The position numbers were made by a program, and so were the translations under genes. Positions 21,528 through 32,973 of a DNA stretch of 64,000 nt are shown here, piece by piece (the first letter of the stretch is position 1; each line of letters begins with the position of its first letter). The notes beneath the pieces are model-generated. The model made no database searches. It was given only the letters and a program-made list of their open reading frames with translations, and was not told the DNA's origin. The stretch comes from Microbotryum violaceum (taxonomy: Eukaryota): assembly GCA_001244265.2 (NCBI GenBank), contig CDLV01000006.1:868001-932000 (forward strand), in the 5' to 3' direction.

Positions 21528-24500
21528 CTAGACTGCGGGTTTTACACGCCCGGCCCTCCATCTAAATAGACCGTCAATCGCCATGGGGAACCTCCTTTCC
21601 AAATCCTCCTCCCTCATTTCGCCGCTCATCAAAGCTTCGTTCAACTCGTTCCACGTCTTGTTGCTCACTTTCCACAACCTCCTCAGCTTCTCAATCCGCG
21701 CCACCTTCATCGCCTCGACGAACGTGATGTTCGACATCGGCGCCGGGTTTGATGGTCTGCTCATGTACTCTCTCAACATGTCCGGCGTTAATTGATCGAA
21801 ATCGAAGAGCGCGTGTCGTCGACTCGCCGAGGCGATCCGGCCCGCCATGCGAGGATTGCCCAGCCCTCTTGCAATCCAGATATCCCAGAAGGTTTGCTCG
21901 GCAGACCTGAACCTGCTTTCGACCTCGTCTTCGGAGGCTTCGTCGCTACGCACCAGGAGCAAGTTCTCGATGATCCATGCTGCCCGCTCCATTTCGCCTT
22001 GGCGAATGAAGGCACGTACGAGGGCGTTGTAGGTCCCAGCATCGAATCGGAATCCTTCGGCGCACAAATCGCCCCAAATTCTTGATAGGTCATGACCGTG
22101 CCCCGCCTCGAGCGCAGGGGGCGAGGATAAGGTGTCGATGAGGATCGTGATGGGAAGACAGAGGTCGCTGCAATGCGCCGCACTGATGCGTCGTGTTGGG
22201 GAGCGCATCCTCAAGTGGTCGGAAAAGATCGAAGGCAGGCTCGGAACCACGCGTTGGGTCTGCACGGGGTATCCATAAGCGTCCAAGACTGAAGCATGTA
22301 GGCCGTTCCAAACGGTTACGACGTCCGCAACACCCATGGCCGAGGAGTCTGGCGCAGAGTGCACAATGGCATCGCGCCGAAAGGCGTCCATCAAAATTGT
22401 GTACAGCTCAATCGAGGGCCGCGCTCCACTGCTGAGGACAAGTTTGAACGTGTCTAGAACTGTGTGACCATTTGCGGTCTTTGCCTCCGCTTGCAAGATC
22501 GGCGCAAAGATGTGCAGCAATTCGTCCCCTCTCGCCAGAACCCTGTCACGCTTCGCGCTCTTGGGTATGTCCTTTCGGTGAACGTCAAGTGGCGACAGCT
22601 GTAGGAAATTGCGCGCGAACGTCTTGGCCCTCGCACGGATCGTCGGGGAGGCGCGTTTCGCGCCAGCGACCATCGATGCCACAATGATTCCGAACGTGAC
22701 CGAAGTCGGTTCGATGCCTCTACTCTTCATCTCTTGGAGACAAGCCTGTGCTTTCGCAAGCTCCTTCGCCTTGATGTAAGCGTTCAACAAGATCGAAAAG
22801 GTGAAGACGTCCGGTCGAACATCGTCCATCGCGACAGGGAGACTTGTGGGCGACTCGGCGGACGAAGGCGACTCCGTGGACGCCGTCGATGTTTCACTAA
22901 ACGAGGCCACGTTGCGGGCGAGCGTCTCGTCCATAACCTTAAACATCTCCTCCGCGACGTCGACCAGGCCAGCATTACAAACGCTTTGCAGCAGGGTGTG
23001 GTAAGTCACCATGTTGGGTCGAAGCCCGCGTTGAAGAGCCTGCTGAAACCACTGCAGCTGGATAACGACCGGCGTCTCGGTGAACACGGCGGCCTTGAGC
23101 ATGACGTTGAACGTCACCGTATCCGGCACGAATTTGGGGTTGGGAGAATTCTCGAGAAACGCAAAGATGTCGAAAGCCTCGCGGTACTGACCCAACTCGA
23201 CGTAAAGGTTCATCAGGGTCGTCCATGCGCTCAGCGTTATCTCGAAGCCTTCTTCGCGCATCTTGGACATGATGCCGATGACGGCATCGAAATCTCTCAC
23301 GTTCGCATGAGCGCAGAGGAGGGCTTCGTATGAGCCAGCATTAGGGTTCAGACTCGCCCTGCTACCCCACTCGCCCGCTGCAAGTCGGCGAAAGATGGCG
23401 TAGGTCGAGTCGATGTCGTGCCTGGTCGCATAGCCAAACATGAGCGAATTGATAGTCCCAATCGTGGGTCGGTCGCCGTGGGCTAGGAGGTAGTCGTCGA
23501 GGGCTTTGATTGCCGCCTCGAGATCATCGCAGCTGATGTAAGCTTCGACGAGGTTGGAAACGACACGAGCGCGATCCTTTGCAGTGGTAGGATCGACGAC
23601 ATGGACGGCCTCGGTCATCGCCACGCGCGCGTCTGCAAGGCCTGTGGATCGACTCGCTGCTCTTACGTTTCTCGCCACCATCTCGAGGGCGATTCCGGCT
23701 TGCGGGAGCTGTCCCAGTTCTTTCGCCAAAGCATCGACGCGGTTCTGCGATCCGAGTTCGGCAGCGGAGCGAATGACCATCTTGTACGCATGCACGACAA
23801 CAGCTTTCGTTCGATCATTCATTGCTCCCGCTTCTGCCACCCTTCGGGCCAGCTGCAGAACTTCGACGGCGAGCACTTCGGCATCGAGGTTGTAGTGCAT
23901 GCCCAACAACCCTTCGAGCAAGGTCGCATTCATTCGCAGTCGCGTCATGTCGTCCAGAGGGTCCAGCGCTTTCTCCTCATCGATCATCGTCTTGATCTGT
24001 AGCGCGCGCAAGGTCGATCCGGTGGTGGATAGGTACTCGACAAGATGAGGACCCATGACCCATCGCATGCGGCGCGACGGCAGAGAAGAATAGTATTCGG
24101 GAGGAGAGGGACCCAGCTGTCCGAGTAGTTCGCCGTATTGGCGCCGAAGATTGGAAGGGACGGGGTTCACGGTGTCGTACAAACGCAGCAGACTGACCAT
24201 GTCCCAGCCGCAAAAAAGATGGAGGGCCTGTTCGGCGCCGATCGAGGAGTTCCTAGACCAAGCCTCCAGCAGGATCGGTGTGACCACTTCTGCGGTCTTT
24301 CGCCTCTTGGCGTGTGCTTCTGTACGCTCGTCTCCGTGCGCAAAGATTTGCTGCAGGTGGGCGAGGTACGTCTTCGAAAGGATGTCGTCGCGATCCACGG
24401 GCACGTCAGGGTCGAATGAAAGGGCAGCGGGTAAGCGGTCTTGCAGGGCGATTGCATCGATCCAAAGCATGGCTTTCGAACGCGGATGCCTAGGATCTTC

Positions 24501-25757
24501 CATCACCAACCGGTGAAAGTATTCCTCCATCTTTCTCCCCGCCTCATGCCGCAAGCTCACGATCCGCCTTGCTTCCTCTTCGACCGAAGCGGGACCCCCG
24601 GGCTCCAGGATCGGCAGTTTCAACGCCCGGACAAAGCTCGATGTGAGCTTGATGAGGTCGAGCCTTTCTTCGAGCTCGAGCTCCTGAAGCCGTGCTGGAT
24701 CCTCAACGAGCCAGGTCGTCAAAGCTTGTAGTTGATCGAGGCGAGATGTGACCGACTCGAACCGACTAACAAGTCTAGTCCGAAGACCACGTCTCGAATA
24801 GGATGCGACGGGCACAGGCCTCAACGAGATGGGTTCTCGGCCGAACTTGTAAATGGAATCGCGAAGAAAATCTCGTATCCAAGGGACCGATATTGCATCC
24901 GCATCGATGGGAGAATCGTGCGAGATGGGCCGCTTGTCTACAATCGAAAGACAAGCGTGTAAGACGAGATCTTCCTCTCTGGGGCGTGCGGTTGCAGGGC
25001 ATAACTCACCACGCCTTTGCTTTTGTGTTTTGGGGTATCCGTTTTGAGCTGGGGGTAGTCCACTGCCATTGAGAGCGGACCCCTCTTCCGTAAGGCTCGC
25101 ATCCTTTTGGCCAGAGCGATCGGAGACGAGAGATCGCGAAGTCGTGGATGAGGTGCGATCGACAGGAATCGGAGAAGAATCTGGTCTGACGTGCTGCTTG
25201 TGTTCACCTGCGTGCGTCTCATGTGTGGGCGCGCTAGAACTGGTAGCTCTGCACCTCATGCACACTGTTGTCCGTCCACACGGGCATGCTCGCGAGAGGT
25301 TCGAAGACGGTCGGCGTGAGTTGGAGGTGGGAGCACTCGAGACGGGGACGCGACGAGCCGTGCCTCGCGGTATCCGCACTCCTGTTATGAGATCAACGCT
25401 CGGAGCTGAATACGGCGCTGAAGATGAGGTCAAAGGTGAGGGAGACGACGAGAATGAGGAGGACGAAGACGAGGACGAAGACGAGGATGTGGAAGGGGAA
25501 GGGCACGGGGAAGGGGAAGGGGACGCAGTTGGCAAGGTGCGCGAAAAGAAGCCAAAGGATGGATACAAAAAGTCGAGCGTAGGCGACGATGCAGCCGACG
25601 AAACTTGGGTGCTATTCAGTCTCGTCGACGAAGGACTCGACCAAGACGAGGTTGTCGATACTGCGATCGCGGGTCTCGCCGCGGCGGCTCGATCGGGTCT
25701 GATCCACTCGAGCAGGACGTGCGATGACGGCAGTCGCGATCGCGGTCGCACCGACAT
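21528..25757 (-). CDS. Large pentatricopeptide-repeat (PPR) protein, probably a mitochondrial RNA factor (Pet309/Cya5-like)
   Basis: Intronless 1409-aa ORF with an Arg/Ser-rich N-terminus. About 35-aa repeats such as PDTVTFNVML, PNMVTYHTLLQS, PDVFTFSILLNAY and PTSVTFGIIV. Confidence 0.9.
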   Translation of the reverse strand: MSVRPRSRLPSSHVLLEWIRPDRAAAARPAIAVSTTSSWSSPSSTRLNSTQVSSAASSPTLDFLYPSFGFFSRTLPTASPSPSPCPSPSTSSSSSSSSSSSFSSSPSPLTSSSAPYSAPSVDLITGVRIPRGTARRVPVSSAPTSNSRRPSSNLSRACPCGRTTVCMRCRATSSSAPTHETHAGEHKQHVRPDSSPIPVDRTSSTTSRSLVSDRSGQKDASLTEEGSALNGSGLPPAQNGYPKTQKQRRGELCPATARPREEDLVLHACLSIVDKRPISHDSPIDADAISVPWIRDFLRDSIYKFGREPISLRPVPVASYSRRGLRTRLVSRFESVTSRLDQLQALTTWLVEDPARLQELELEERLDLIKLTSSFVRALKLPILEPGGPASVEEEARRIVSLRHEAGRKMEEYFHRLVMEDPRHPRSKAMLWIDAIALQDRLPAALSFDPDVPVDRDDILSKTYLAHLQQIFAHGDERTEAHAKRRKTAEVVTPILLEAWSRNSSIGAEQALHLFCGWDMVSLLRLYDTVNPVPSNLRRQYGELLGQLGPSPPEYYSSLPSRRMRWVMGPHLVEYLSTTGSTLRALQIKTMIDEEKALDPLDDMTRLRMNATLLEGLLGMHYNLDAEVLAVEVLQLARRVAEAGAMNDRTKAVVVHAYKMVIRSAAELGSQNRVDALAKELGQLPQAGIALEMVARNVRAASRSTGLADARVAMTEAVHVVDPTTAKDRARVVSNLVEAYISCDDLEAAIKALDDYLLAHGDRPTIGTINSLMFGYATRHDIDSTYAIFRRLAAGEWGSRASLNPNAGSYEALLCAHANVRDFDAVIGIMSKMREEGFEITLSAWTTLMNLYVELGQYREAFDIFAFLENSPNPKFVPDTVTFNVMLKAAVFTETPVVIQLQWFQQALQRGLRPNMVTYHTLLQSVCNAGLVDVAEEMFKVMDETLARNVASFSETSTASTESPSSAESPTSLPVAMDDVRPDVFTFSILLNAYIKAKELAKAQACLQEMKSRGIEPTSVTFGIIVASMVAGAKRASPTIRARAKTFARNFLQLSPLDVHRKDIPKSAKRDRVLARGDELLHIFAPILQAEAKTANGHTVLDTFKLVLSSGARPSIELYTILMDAFRRDAIVHSAPDSSAMGVADVVTVWNGLHASVLDAYGYPVQTQRVVPSLPSIFSDHLRMRSPTRRISAAHCSDLCLPITILIDTLSSPPALEAGHGHDLSRIWGDLCAEGFRFDAGTYNALVRAFIRQGEMERAAWIIENLLLVRSDEASEDEVESRFRSAEQTFWDIWIARGLGNPRMAGRIASASRRHALFDFDQLTPDMLREYMSRPSNPAPMSNITFVEAMKVARIEKLRRLWKVSNKTWNELNEALMSGEMREEDLERRFPMAIDGLFRWRAGRVKPAV

Positions 25758-25929
25758 GACGAAGGAGGCTGAGCTGTGGTCGTGGTGGGGAGGGTCGAGT
25801 CAGTTCTTCGGCCTTGAAGGCGTTTCGATCGGTTTCGGGCCTCGTGGTTGTGTTACTCACGGGCTACGACTGCTCCGGGAGCGTATGTCGTACGGTCGTG
25901 TGCGCCGTGCTGCTGGGAACGAACGTCGA

Positions 25930-25973
25930 CAGCTCCTGGTCAGCTCCTGCACAGCTCCTGCACAGCTCCTGCA
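25930..25973. repeat. 11-bp tandem repeat CAGCTCCTGCA x4 (first copy variant)
   Basis: Read directly; lies in the divergent promoter between the PPR and Tim17-like genes. Confidence 0.9.
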
Positions 25974-26170
25974 TGCTACGTGATGATGCAGAACGGCTGC
26001 AGTAGCTTACATCAAGCAGTCTGCTCCCCTGTGTCGTCTCTCCTGCACTTTGATCCCAGTCCGATGCCCGATGGCGATCCAGACGGTGCACAACTTGCCG
26101 AAAACCCCCCACACCGTCAGAGTCGATTCGCGAGGAGAGGAAAACGACCGGCGGCCATCGGCGGCGCGCC

Positions 26171-26200
26171 CTCCGCCAGCCTCCGCCAGCCTCCGCCAGC
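26171..26200. repeat. 10-bp tandem repeat CTCCGCCAGC x3
   Basis: Read directly from the sequence. Confidence 0.9.
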
Positions 26201-26444
26201 CTGCAGCAGCGGCCACACCCAGCCACACCCTGCCACACCTGGCCACACTGTCAGGCGCAGACCGACTCACACAGGCACGCCCTCGCCCGTCACAAGTCAC
26301 TATAGTCACTCGTCAGCACTTGCCGCGAGCTCGAGTGGGCGCGTGAGCATTGCCAGGAGCTTCGCCTTAGTTCGCCTTCGTCCGCGTCGGGCCTCTGTAA
26401 GCTGGGCGACGGCGCCCATCCCACCCCACCCCTCACCACTGAGC

Positions 26445-27271
26445 ATGGCCCCATCAACGACAACTGCTCCCGCCGTCCCCGTGACCCGAACGGACCTGGT
26501 CCTGATCCCCTTGGCCGGCTCGACGTTCGGCTTCGTCTCCGGGGTACTCACCTCGTCGCAGCTCGCTTCCAAGCAGTTCCTCGCCGAGAATGCGCATCGC
26601 TTGCCGACGACCGTGCAAGGGTGCGTACTCTTTGACTGGGCAGACCGCTCACTCTTCCTTTGCTCGCTTGGTGGCGGGTGGAGCAGAGGCGTGGCACTCT
26701 CCGCAGGATCCAGAACTGACTCCCCACCCCACATTCATCCTCCACTCCACCTTGCCAACGCCCTTGACTCGCCGTAGGTGGTATTTCTACCAAAAGACGA
26801 AAAACTACCGCGTGCTCTACTCGGGCGTAATCGGTGGACTACGCACCGGTGCTCGACTCGGTCTCTGGACGGCCTCCTTCGTCGGATTCGAACACCTCAT
26901 CCAAACGCGCCTATTGCAACCCGTGCTTTCTTCACCGAACCTGATCGCGTCGGAATCGATTCGAGAACAGGCTCGCGCGATCAAGACGAGGTGGTTGAGT
27001 GCAACGATCGCTGGCGTGTCCATCGCCTGGGTCGCGGGTAGGATATGTCAGTTCGGGCTCAAGCCCCGCCTTCACTGCAGCTACCACCGTCGCACAGCGT
27101 GCGAGGATGATGCTGATTCTGCATGCTGCTGTGGATGCTACAGACCGGCTCTCTAGATACGCCGCCCCGCGACGGTTCTTACTCGGCACTTCATTGGGTC
27201 TTGTGTCCGGCGCCATCTACGATCTCCGAGATTGGCTCAAGACAAGGCTGCCACCGCCTACAAACACGTGA
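26445..27271 (+). CDS. Small Gly-rich multi-TM fungal protein (Tim17/22/23-like architecture), 3 exons
   Basis: Spliced FLAENAHRLPTTVQGWYFYQKTKNYRV motif. Gly-zipper helices (GSTFGFVSG, ATIAGVSIA, GTSLGLVSG). Confidence 0.75.
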
Positions 27272-27365
27272 CCAGCATCAATCTTTCCAGTACCGTCTTG
27301 CAGCACAATCCCAGTTTGGCACATGTTGTAACATCGCATCCTACCAACTTCCCTTAAAAGGTAGA

Positions 27366-29339
27366 TCAGGACCTTCTACCGGTACCGCGCAGATCGTTGC
27401 GACCCTCAAAGATAGCATTTTCGGGCTGCATGTGTCTCATCTGATGCTTGACGCGTTCGACCCCTTCCAGTACCCTCAATAGGTTCTCACTCGCCAGACC
27501 TCGGATCTCGTTGTCCGACCAGCCGCGCTCGATCAATTCGGCGAGGAGGTCTGGATAGTACGAGACGTCGGGCAGATCGATCGGTACCGAGACGATGCCA
27601 TCAAAGTCGGAGCCGATCCCGACGTGCGAACGACCTGCCAGTCGACCAATGTAGTCCGCGTGGTCTAGCAAAGTAGACATCAAAGAGCACTTTAGCAACC
27701 AGGAAAGCTTTTGAACGACCAACTACGGGAACAGCTCTGCGCCCCACTCACCCGCCAAGAGCTTGATGCTGGCCCTCGGACCCTTTCCGTCGCTTGTCTC
27801 ACTGATGAACGCCGGTGAGAAGTTGAGCATGATCAACACGTCCCCACCTGGGATGGGCAAGTCGACCTCGTTCGTTTCGTTGCCCCATCCTTGTCCACCT
27901 TCCCCGTCCTGGGTAAGGTCGAATCGCCGGTTCGGGAACGATAGTTTGCCGATTCGGCGCAGAATCGTGTCGGGTACGTTGCGTACGACGGAGTGAACAC
28001 CTCGCGCGTTCGAGTGACTGCGAGATCATAAACTGGCCAAATCAGATCACCGACGGGTGCGAGAACCTGGTTTCACTTACGAGAAGATGACGGGACTTTG
28101 ACTCAAGCTCAACGCTTGACTCGCCGTGGCAGGACTCGTATGGCTTAGATCAACCATCATGCCTAATCGGTTCATCTCTCGGATCGCCTTCTTCCCGAAT
28201 TTCGAGAGTCCATTCCAGCGAGGTTCGACCGGCGTGCCTTGCATCCCGCACGAGTCGGCGAGCGCATTGTGGCACGTATGCGTGAGCGTCACGTACCGAG
28301 CTCCGAGCTCGTAGAAAGCTCGGAGGGAGGACAGGCTCGAGCCGAGTTGATGCCCTCCCTCAACCCCCAACATCCCACCGATGCGGCCCTTCTTCATCGC
28401 TTTCCTCCAGGCTTTGGACGTTAACGTCAACTCGAAATCCTTGAGAATGGGGGGAAGCAATCGGTTGAGTGCCAAATCGAGCAAATAATTGTGCATCTTT
28501 AGCGCTTGTGAACTCACATCCGAGTACTTGTTGATCAACAACTGGGCGACGTCGATCTGTTCCAGTGTATCTCTGACCTTGAACGTAGGCGTTGTAAAGT
28601 TGCCATGGTTGTCGATCGGGTATCCCGCATCCTCCTGTTCGGCGGGGGCATAATCGTGAAATTTGATCAATCAGCTCAGTCTTCACAAGGCAGACGGACA
28701 GGGAACGCACTGAACTCACCGGACATCCGACATACGTCGACCAGAAACTATGACGTACAATTCCTCCGCCCATCAGAACTTATTCGCGAAAACGGCCTGC
28801 TCCTACTAGTAGTAGTACCGACCGCCTGACCCCTGAAGGACTCACAATCCGCCGACCTTGCCCTTCCTCAGCCTCGGTAGATCCACATGGCCTTTAATAC
28901 CCCCCTCCTTCGTCATGTCGACGTCTTGGAGCTGATTACTGTAATACTCCCTCATCAGGATAGGCAAGTCGATGTGACCATCGATGATGGGGCTCTTCGA
29001 GAGCAACTTGAGCGCTCGGGCGTGCGCATTCGCGGGCAGTGGCTCAAAATTCCACTGTTCGAATCTAGCCAGGTCGGTCCTAGTACAGAGGTCGGCAACG
29101 ACGAAGGTCATGCAAAGGAGATAAAAGGCCTTGCGTCCGCGCTGGTACCATGCGAGGACGGTCTGATGCTGCCTCGATCGAACCGAGGACCGTATTAGGC
29201 CCGAGGGTGACTCGCACTTGATGATAAGCTCATCCGAGTCATCGCCGGTGCGAGGGATGACGTAAGATGGAGGCTGAGCCGACTCGCACGATCGGCGAGC
29301 TTCTTCGTCGTCCAAAAAGGAATCGTTCGGGTAACCCAT
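27366..29339 (-). CDS. Membrane dipeptidase, family M19 (renal-dipeptidase-like), multi-exon
   Basis: PIIDGHIDLP, GHVDLPRLRKGKVGGLFWSTYV, TLEQID, GVEGGH, YVTLTHTCHN, MNRLGMMVDLSH, FSHSN, HVGIGSDFDG. N-terminal hydrophobic segment. Confidence 0.93.
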
Positions 29340-29637
29340 CGCAAATGAAAGACTGGGATATTCCTCAAAGGATGAAGTCGGACCCGCGCACCGATCGAGG
29401 TTTCCGCGTGGTTCTCGACCGCGAGGTGCATGCACGAAGGCGCCGTCTCACGGGCTTGGTAAGCGGCCCTGGGCCCCAAGCTGGGCCCCACACGCTCCAC
29501 CGTCGACAAATTCGCCAGCGTGCGGGAAAACATCGAATGCAATTACAAGATTCCACGCTACAGCCGCAGTACGACACAAAAAGAAGAAAGGAACAAGAGG
29601 ATGAACGGTGGTGCCGTCAACCCACACCGGCCGATCC

Positions 29638-32070
29638 TCAGATCGTAAAGAACGGCTGATCCTTCTGTCGGGAGCAATGAGAGTTGGGGGTTCATCAGTC
29701 AGTCTGCAATATGCGCTCTTGTGGCGACAGGTGGACTGCTAGGCGCTCAAAGTACGTACCTGTTGATTCTGAGTCGGGTTTTGGGAGATGTTGAACGGGT
29801 TTGGTCGGGCCAATCCAGTCGGTTGCGCTTGAACGAGACCCCCTGTTCGAGTCGCGAATTGGGCTCCACTAGACCAATCGAATATGAACTCTTGCACGAT
29901 CAGTACGAGAACGAGGCTTTGGGGCATACACGACAGCTGTACACTCACACTGGGATACGCATGTTGCCAATGTTGCCGAACGTGTCCAACCCATCTTCTC
30001 GGCCACCTGCAAGCATCTGGGCGAGCGCGGCGTGCTTGCCGTCGTCCTTCTGTGGCCGCTGTCGGGCCGGTTGCGCCGTCTGTTGCGGCTGCAGCGCAGG
30101 CAGCGGACTGGGCTGCCGCGGGGGCGTCGCAGCCGCGATGTTGTCGTTGAAAGTCGTTTGAGGATGTTGTTGCTGCTGAGGCGGCGCGGCGAAAGCAGCG
30201 AAGGGGTTATTGGCACCGAACGCCGTCGGCTGGGGCTGAAGTGCCTGCTGTTGCTGCGCCATCTGCTGCTGGTACATGTACTGCTGTTGGCGCATATACT
30301 CCTCTTGTTGTTTCTGTTGTGCATATTGTGCTTGCAGTTGAGCTTGTTGTTGGGCGTATAGGTATTGCTGCTGTTCTTGTTGCTGTGCGCAAGGCCCGAG
30401 CGCGAAGGCTTTAACGTCAGCCTATTCTCGTCCAGGTCGTTACGTTCAACACCTAAAGTCCATCACTCACCTGACGCTGCAGCTCCATCATCTGGGCTTG
30501 GCGCATCTGTTCCTCCAGCATGGCTTGCTGTTGCGCCGCATAGGGATTGAAGCTCGCCCACCCCGTCTGCATCGGTTGTTGAGGTTGGGCGTCGACGTCG
30601 ATAAGGTTGTTTTGGTTTCTGAAAATCCATCAGGAGCTTCAAGTAAGTTCGTGTTGAGAAAACGAAAGCCCGTTCATGGAGCAGAACGTACTGCCGTTGC
30701 TCATCAAACAGTCCATCACTCCCGCTCTGGGCCAGTTCCCTTCTCCGCCTCTCATCCTCTTCTCGACTCAGCCTCATCGCCTCTACCAGATCGTTGTCGG
30801 CCTGAATCCTCTTGGCCTCCTCCTCGGCAGATCGCTTACTCGCAGCGATCGCAGCCTCAAGATCTCCATCGCCAGAACGCGCTCCGGATCGATCAGGTCG
30901 CGCTTCGGTTGATTTGGGCCGGGTTTCGGCTCCGGACATGCGGTCGCGCATGTCACGTCGGGTTGCGCGTTGCGTTTTCATTCGTCGCTCGTCCAACAGC
31001 AGGTTTGTGATATCTTTGGCCTTTTGTCGAACTGCACGTAGCCAAGACGATCGAGCGGATTCTTTATGAGTCTGCGACCGCGTCATTTCTGCATTCTGCG
31101 ATGTTGGGGTGTCAACGCACCGTTCGCTCCCTGATCCTTGCCAAACTCGTCGATGTACTGAAACTCTTTCAGTGTCTTGACAATGTAAAGATTCTCCCTG
31201 TGAAGAAGGTACGGTCCGAGTGTGAGCACGCGTACGCGATGAAGTCATGGAGTTGAGAGGAGATAGGTGGACGCCGAGACGAGGCCGGTACTGCACAACG
31301 TCGTCTACACTACACCGCTTCTCTGTAGAACATGCCCAAGCACTCCAGCGATCTGGATCTCAACTCACCTAAAGTATTGCACGACGTTCTCACTTCCATT
31401 GTGCAGGATGTAGTCGAGCAGGGTCAACGACTTGAAGACGTGGCGCCAGTTCTTGCCCTTGTCGTTGAGTCGCTTGTCGAGCATCTCGATGATCTCGACA
31501 AAGTCGTTACTGTACAAATCAAGGTGACGACGTTTGAGACTGGTCAGCTCTCGGCTTCGCGGATCGCAGCAGTCTGTCGTGGCTGAGTCTTTGATAGTCC
31601 ACATCGTCCGACAGGGGCCGGGCGGTGACAAGCACTACAGACCCCACCGGATGAGGCCGAAGAGGAGGACACATCCTACTCACGGATTGAATGTCAAGGC
31701 CGCAATCTCACTCATCCTGTGGGTGACGCGAACGATAAGCGGCGGTCAGTACTTGCCGGTCGACCGTGTCCGGAGACGGTCCGGAGTGGCTCAATGAGAC
31801 AATCCGGCCATGGCCATCGTCATGGGCTACGATCGTTTGCGATGGCAAACTTACTGAGTACCCGACGGTCCCCAGGGATCGTTGGAGGTCGCATCGCGTA
31901 CTTTGGTCTGCGCGTCGGTGAAGCCCTTGATCGAGTTCTTGGCCACCCTGTGACGAGTGACGGGTGACGAGTGAGTTCCCGGTCGCCAGATCGCAACAGT
32001 CGTCCAGCGCGGTGCGGAGGGGTGAGCAGGATGTGGCTTACCTCATGACGCTCTTGCCCATGTTCTGCAT
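29638..32070 (-). CDS. ENT1: Epsin (ENTH domain, UIMs, Gln-rich region, NPF motifs), multi-exon
   Basis: ATSNDPWGPSG, MLDKRLNDKGKNWRHVFKSLTLLDY, KTLKEFQY, UIM DLEAAIAASKR, NPF motifs, C-terminal QPFFTI*. Confidence 0.93.
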
Positions 32071-32973
32071 GTTGGGCGAAAGTTGTAGTGGCGAAGAATG
32101 GGGCAGGTCGTGCGTTCTTCGGATGGCGAGAAGGTGAATAGGCCGAGCCGACCAGGCGACGACCCAGGCACGTCTCAGATCTCAGCCGCACGGACCAGCG
32201 AGCTGTGAGCACCGCCCCGTGTCTTGGTCTGATGGGCAATTGAACCATCCGAGTCGGCGGCTCTCAGCAGCTCAGCCCGAGTGCGCAGCAGCTGGTTTAG
32301 CAGCGCCTGTGGGAGGCGTCGTCTTTCCTTTACAAAACAATATGTATGTATATATAGATAGATATTTAAAGCTGGTGATGGCTTTGGATTATGAACTCTC
32401 TTTGAACGCTCGGTGCAGAACACTCACGGCTTGCTTCGGCGGTGACGGCGGACGGACTTGAGAGTCGGCCGCCGGGCTGGGTAGCGCTGACTGAACGTGC
32501 ATGCGCATCTGCGGTCGCGGATGCGGCTCAGTAGGGAGTATCTGGTTTGTAGGGACTCGCTTCATGAGGTTTTGGATTGCCTTTCCCCACCAGCCAAGGT
32601 GGATAGAGGTCGCAGTCCACAGATGAGGAGTGGGCCGGACTTTGCACACTCACGTGACTCCGATTCCATGCATCATGCATGCATGTGCACTCGTCCGACC
32701 CGGACGCCACTCCAAATCGCCGCCGATCAACAGTCAAAAAATAATGAGGCTTTGGAAAAATAAAGTACACTGAAGTCGTACTATCACGTAAAGGGTAGAG
32801 GTGGTGCCTTTTCCTAGCCATGTGCAATGCTTCGTGCTCGGCCGCGGACTGATCGCCATGCCGATCGCCGATGTGATGCTCCTGCAGGCACCCGGGGAAG
32901 GTTGCCTCAGCTTGCTATCGATCCTTCCCCCTTCCTTCGACCACTACGGGCACCTTGATCTCGAGTCGCCATC

